Shown: positions 59,929-64,000 of the stretch, piece after piece
Layout of the letters: each line of letters starts with the position of its first letter
Position numbering within the stretch: position 1 is the first letter of the stretch
From: Alphaproteobacteria bacterium
Lineage (GTDB): Bacteria > Pseudomonadota > Alphaproteobacteria > CALKHQ01
Length of the DNA: 64,000 nt
Reading direction: 5' to 3'
Assembly (NCBI GenBank): GCA_965227515.1
Contig: CBDDFZ010000001.1
Location: 3,040,001-3,104,000 of the forward strand
Notes under the pieces: generated by a model
The model's database searches: none
Told to the model about the DNA's origin: nothing
What the model saw: only the letters and a program-made list of their open reading frames with translations
Position numbers and translations under genes: made by a program

Positions 59929-61491
59929 CTAAAACCCCCATGCGTGGCGCACAGCGTTCTCGACTTCGTCCGCAGCGACCGTGCGCCACCGCGCGGCGAC
60001 GTGCTGGTCGGGCCGGATCAGATAGACCGCGCTATCGGCGTTGCCGAGATAGCGCTCGGCCAGCGCGCCTGCTGCCGAAAGCCGTAACGTCGTGGTGCCC
60101 GGCACGCCAGGCGCCTCGCCATTCAGTGCCAGCACGGTGAACCCCGGCCCGAGGCGGTTGAGCAGCCAGCAGTCGTCGGTCGGCGCATCGGGCGCGACGG
60201 CACCGGGGCAGGCGAGGGCCGGCAGGGTCGGATCGTCCGCGCCGTTCAGTGGCGAGGTGTCAAGGACGCAGGGGCGCGACAGCCGGCCGGAATTCACCAT
60301 CGGCCGCGCGAAGGGCGTCGCCCCGGCGAGGTCCAGCACTGCGGTGCGGAAGCGATGCTCCAGTGCCGACTTCGGCGTCATGAACCGGGTCGTGCGGGCG
60401 GAGTTCAGGATGTTCTGGTCGGCGGCCACCGTCCGCTCGGCGTCATAGCTTTCCAGCAGGCCGGGCCCCGCCGTGCCGCCCAGCACCGCAGCCAGTTTCC
60501 AGCCCAGATTGTCGACGTCCTGGATGCCGCCATTGCCGCCGCGCGCACCGAACGGGCTGACGATGTGGGCGCTATCGCCGACGAAGATCACCCGGTCATG
60601 GACAAAGCGCGCCATCCGCCGGCACTGGAACGTGTAGACCGACACCCAGTCGATCTCGAACGGCCGGTCGCCGACCACGCGGCGGATGCGCGGGATGACG
60701 TTCTCCGTCTGGCGCTCCGCCTCCGGGTCGGCATCCCAGCCCAGTTGCAGGTCGATGCGATAGATGTCGTCGGGCTGCTTGTGGAGCAGGGCGGACTGGC
60801 CAGCATGGAAGGTCGGTTCGAACCAGAAGCGCCGTTCGGACGGGAAGTCGGCCTTCATCTCGATATCGGCGATCAGGAAACGTTCCTCGAACAACTCGCC
60901 GTCGAACTCAAGGCCCAGGCGCTCGCGCACCGTCGAGCGGGCGCCGTCGCAGGCCAGCAGGAAGCGGCATGGCAGGTCGTAGTCGCCGTCCGGGGTTTCC
61001 ACAGCGAGTGCGACGCCCTCGCCATCTTGCTTCAGCCCGGTCAGGCGGTTCTTGAATCGCAGGTCGATCAGGTCGGGGAAGTAGCGGCAGCGGTCGATCA
61101 GGTATTCCTCGACGTAGTACTGTTGCAGGTTGATGAAGGCGGGCATGGCGTGCCCGTCCTCGGGCAGCAGGTCGAACGACCAGACCTCGCGGTCGCCGCG
61201 GTAGTTGCGCCCGACCTGCCAGGTGACGCCCTTGTCGACCATGCGCCGGGCGACGCCCAGGCGGTCGAAGATCTCCAGCGTCCGCTTGGCCCAGCAGATC
61301 GCGCGTGAGCCGACGGAGACGGTGTCGCCGTCGTCCAGCACCACGCTCGCCACGCCGCGTTGCGCCAGGTCGATGGCCATGGCCAGCCCGACCGGGCCGG
61401 CGCCGACGATGACGAGGTCATGGCACGGCTCCGGGCCGCCCGCCAGCGCCGGCGGCGTCACATAGTCGAATGGCCGGTAGCGGTATGCCAC
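59929..61491 (-). CDS. FAD-dependent monooxygenase (MhpA/PheA-like aromatic hydroxylase family)
   Basis: VGAGPVG, ACDGARS, GDSAH..SPFGARG.N.G.QD..NL.WKL, IRPDQHV. Confidence 0.9.
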   Translation of the reverse strand: MAYRYRPFDYVTPPALAGGPEPCHDLVIVGAGPVGLAMAIDLAQRGVASVVLDDGDTVSVGSRAICWAKRTLEIFDRLGVARRMVDKGVTWQVGRNYRGDREVWSFDLLPEDGHAMPAFINLQQYYVEEYLIDRCRYFPDLIDLRFKNRLTGLKQDGEGVALAVETPDGDYDLPCRFLLACDGARSTVRERLGLEFDGELFEERFLIADIEMKADFPSERRFWFEPTFHAGQSALLHKQPDDIYRIDLQLGWDADPEAERQTENVIPRIRRVVGDRPFEIDWVSVYTFQCRRMARFVHDRVIFVGDSAHIVSPFGARGGNGGIQDVDNLGWKLAAVLGGTAGPGLLESYDAERTVAADQNILNSARTTRFMTPKSALEHRFRTAVLDLAGATPFARPMVNSGRLSRPCVLDTSPLNGADDPTLPALACPGAVAPDAPTDDCWLLNRLGPGFTVLALNGEAPGVPGTTTLRLSAAGALAERYLGNADSAVYLIRPDQHVAARWRTVAADEVENAVRHAWGF

Positions 61492-61497
61492 GGCCGG

Positions 61498-62448
61498 TCA
61501 GCCCTGCAGGGCGGCCCACATCTCTTGGTCGCGCTCGGCGGTCCAGATGCGCGGCGTGTCCATGCCCAGGGCCTCGTCATAGGCGCGCGACACGTTGAAC
61601 GGCAGGCAGTGCTCGTAGATCGCGTAATTCGAAAATTTCGGGTCGCAGACCGCGCGCACCGCATCCCATGCCTCTTTCAGCGAGCCGCCGCGCGACGCCA
61701 CACGCGCCGCCGCGATGTAGGTCGAGGTGACGAAGTCGCGGGTGTAGTCGAGGGCGGCCTGGACCTGGGCGTCGCCCACCAGCGCGTCGCCGCGGCCGGG
61801 GGCGATGGCGACGGGATTGTAGGCCGCGATGGCATCCAGCGTGCCGGGCCAGTCGCCGAAGTGGCCGTCGCCGCAATAACAGGCGGAGTGGGATTCCACG
61901 ATGTCGCCGGTCATCATCACCTGCTCGTCGGGCACCCAGGCGACGATGTCGCCCGCGGTGTGGGCGCGGCCCAGATGCATCAGGTCGACCCGGCGCTGGC
62001 CGAGATAGACGGTCATCTTGCGTTCGAAGGTCATGGTCGGCCACGTCAGCCCGGGGATCGATTCATGGCCCTCGAACAGGCGCGGGAAACGGCCGAACTC
62101 GCTGTCCCAATCCTCCTTGCCACGTTCCGCGATCATCGTGCGGCATTTCTCCGACGCCAGGATCTGCTCGGCATCGTAGGCCGACGCGCCCAGCACCCGC
62201 ACCGCGTGATAGTGGCTGAGCACGACGTACTTGATCGGCTTGTCGGTGACGCCCCTGATCTTCTCGATCACCTTCGCCGCCAGCCGTGGGGTCGCCTGGG
62301 CATCGACGATCATCACGCTGTCGTCGCCAATGATGACGCCGGTGTTCGGATCCCCTTCCGCCGTGAACGCCCACAGGTCGCGGCCGATCTCGGTGAATGC
62401 GATCTTCTTTTCCGTCATGTCGCCCTGCGAGGCGAACGCTTTGGCCAT
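61498..62448 (-). CDS. MBL-fold metallo-hydrolase (cyclase-like subgroup)
   Basis: EGDPNTG, LSHYHAVR, GRAHTAGD, PGRG; a subgroup commonly paired with the FAD oxidoreductase and DUF2783. Confidence 0.88.
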   Translation of the reverse strand: MAKAFASQGDMTEKKIAFTEIGRDLWAFTAEGDPNTGVIIGDDSVMIVDAQATPRLAAKVIEKIRGVTDKPIKYVVLSHYHAVRVLGASAYDAEQILASEKCRTMIAERGKEDWDSEFGRFPRLFEGHESIPGLTWPTMTFERKMTVYLGQRRVDLMHLGRAHTAGDIVAWVPDEQVMMTGDIVESHSACYCGDGHFGDWPGTLDAIAAYNPVAIAPGRGDALVGDAQVQAALDYTRDFVTSTYIAAARVASRGGSLKEAWDAVRAVCDPKFSNYAIYEHCLPFNVSRAYDEALGMDTPRIWTAERDQEMWAALQG

Positions 62449-62490
62449 GATGTCCTCCCGATGCGTAGCGGCGACAGGTTACGGCAAACC

Positions 62491-62506
62491 AGTGACGATG
62501 GTCACT
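62491..62506. promoter_or_regulatory. CRP-like perfect palindrome AGTGAC-GATG-GTCACT
   Basis: GTGA-N6-TCAC core in the divergent intergenic region between the MBL gene and the 62647 ORF. Confidence 0.5.
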
Positions 62507-62646
62507 TCCGTTGCCAGCCGGATTGGCAGACTATGTGAAGCAATACATGCCGGGCGGACCCGCGACGACGTCCGGCTACCGTTCGCCCGACAATTGCACG
62601 ACAGCCGCCCACCGACCCCCGACGGCGGCGCTGAAGGAGCAATGCC

Positions 62647-63306
62647 ATGTCCGCCGACGAAAATCTGAAACAGGCCCAGAAAGCCATCAACCTCACCAAG
62701 AACCACATCACCTGCTCCAATAACCTGCGCGGCGACCGCCTTGCCAGTTTCGATGGCGGGATCGAGGAGCTGATCGATCTTTGGAAACACGCTCCCATCG
62801 GGGACAAGTACAAGACGGACAAGCGGCCGATCGGGGCGATGCTGGCGCCGGTGCACCAGGACGCTCAGCTCGTCCGCGCAAAGGGCATTCAGCCCGACAG
62901 CGTCAGCAACATCTTCAAGATGGCTCAGAACGTCATCGATTCCGGGACGTCATACGGCAACTGCATGGAGCAGGCGGCGTTTGCGTTTTGTTTTCTGTAC
63001 CAATGGGGTGTTACGCCCATCGACTATATGTGCTTCTCCAACCGCAAGAAGGACAAGAAGGGCCGCGCCATGTACGACCACGCCTGGCTGGTCGTCGGGC
63101 TGGACGACGATGCGGACCTGGACAACCTGCGCACCTGGGGCGACGACGCGGTGTGGTGCGATCCCTGGCAGATGAAGGAAGGGCGCGCCTTCAAGATCAG
63201 CGATCTGGTGGCTGGCAGGGTGCGCAATCTGGATTGGCAGTTCCGCCTGGACTCAGCGGAGCGGATCGGCGAGGGCGAACCAGAGTCGCTGGTGCGCCAC
63301 AAGTAG
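62647..63306 (+). CDS. Putative papain/transglutaminase-fold cysteine enzyme (Cys-His-Asp triad)
   Basis: AAGGAG RBS; YGNCMEQAAFAF, DHAWLVVG, VWCDPW. Confidence 0.7.
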   Translation: MSADENLKQAQKAINLTKNHITCSNNLRGDRLASFDGGIEELIDLWKHAPIGDKYKTDKRPIGAMLAPVHQDAQLVRAKGIQPDSVSNIFKMAQNVIDSGTSYGNCMEQAAFAFCFLYQWGVTPIDYMCFSNRKKDKKGRAMYDHAWLVVGLDDDADLDNLRTWGDDAVWCDPWQMKEGRAFKISDLVAGRVRNLDWQFRLDSAERIGEGEPESLVRHK

Positions 63307-63339
63307 GGGGCGCCACGAATAGCGCGCGGCGCGGCCTTC

Positions 63340-63708
63340 TCAGGCGGCGGTCTTCTCGACCACCTCGTCGTCGGCCACGATGGTCTGGACCTGATGGATC
63401 CGGATCATCAGGCCGACATGACCTTCTTCCACCACGACGTTCTTGTCCGCCTGCCGCGGCAGCGGGATTTGGCGGCCGATGCACAGGCGGGCCAACGCCT
63501 CCTGCAGATCGGCGACGGGCATGGTGATCTTCGACGAGCTGCCGTCGAAGCGGCCGCGCCGGCGAATGACGGCAATGTCGTCGTCCAGGATGGCGACGGA
63601 TTCAATGTAGGCGCCGTCCCATGCTTCGTCGGTGTCCTGAAGGCGGAGGATCAGGGCGTCGACGACGTCGCTGTATTCGAACAGGATGGTGCGGGCTTCG
63701 GAGATCAT
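63340..63708 (-). CDS. Hypothetical protein
   Basis: 122-aa ORF with coding-like usage (L..ALARLCI...IPLPRQADK). Confidence 0.7.
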   Translation of the reverse strand: MISEARTILFEYSDVVDALILRLQDTDEAWDGAYIESVAILDDDIAVIRRRGRFDGSSSKITMPVADLQEALARLCIGRQIPLPRQADKNVVVEEGHVGLMIRIHQVQTIVADDEVVEKTAA

Positions 63709-63916
63709 CGGCTGAACCCATTCGGTTCTTCACGGGGCGACCCCAGACCTGCCACGCCGTGCGCGGCGCCTGTGGACTGAACTTGCACGCGCCATTGTCC
63801 CCGATAACACTTAATAACGGGTTCATCGTATAACGCATTGAATTCAAATGCGAACTGTATGCCGCCGAGTGTCGATGGCGCACTTGGGCGCGGGCGCAGA
63901 TCAACTGACAGGCGCT

Positions 63917-64000
63917 TCAGGCGGTCGTCTTGGCCCGCTCCATGGCCGTAACGATCATTTGCTTCACCTCGTCGACATCGCCCCAGCGCACCAGCTTGAC
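63917..64000 (-). CDS. 3' end of a gene entering from beyond the window
   Basis: Open frame VKLVRWGDVDEVKQMIVTAMERAKTTA* on the minus strand with GC3-biased codons. Confidence 0.55.
   Translation of the reverse strand, partial: VKLVRWGDVDEVKQMIVTAMERAKTTA

Overview
High-GC alphaproteobacterial chromosomal window, probably Rhodospirillales-like (inferred from the plsX-fabH-ihfA-merR and Cbp3/bamE gene order and the REP families). Most of it is housekeeping and metabolism: ugpB, dihydropyrimidinase, galU and phosphomannomutase, plsX/fabH/ihfA, bamE, a D,D-carboxypeptidase, an Opp ABC transporter, a ynb-like phospholipid trio, a dimethylformamidase-like operon with an ABC transporter, and aromatic-degradation genes. 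I saw no rRNA, tRNA, CRISPR array or transposase. The standout is a three-gene + strand locus at 42512-49319. It encodes (1) a membrane-anchored STAND NTPase with an N-terminal DUF4062/TIR-like domain and about 11 C-terminal 48-aa TPR-like repeats, (2) a TPR + SLOG-like + class III nucleotide cyclase fusion with a non-canonical active site, and (3) a Crp with an intact cNMP pocket and a CRP-type recognition helix. Five CRP-like palindromes (GTGA-N6-TCAC or near matches) lie in intergenic DNA: three flank this locus, and two sit in front of orphan effector-like genes at 4151 and 62647. Together these suggest, by inference only, a sensor -> nucleotide signal -> cNMP -> transcription relay with its own regulon. 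Also notable are a cluster with three Rieske-domain fusions, a Zur-like box before a HupE/UreJ pair, a tandem-LCCL secreted protein and several REP/REPIN-like elements. All family assignments come from motif recognition by eye, not from database searches.
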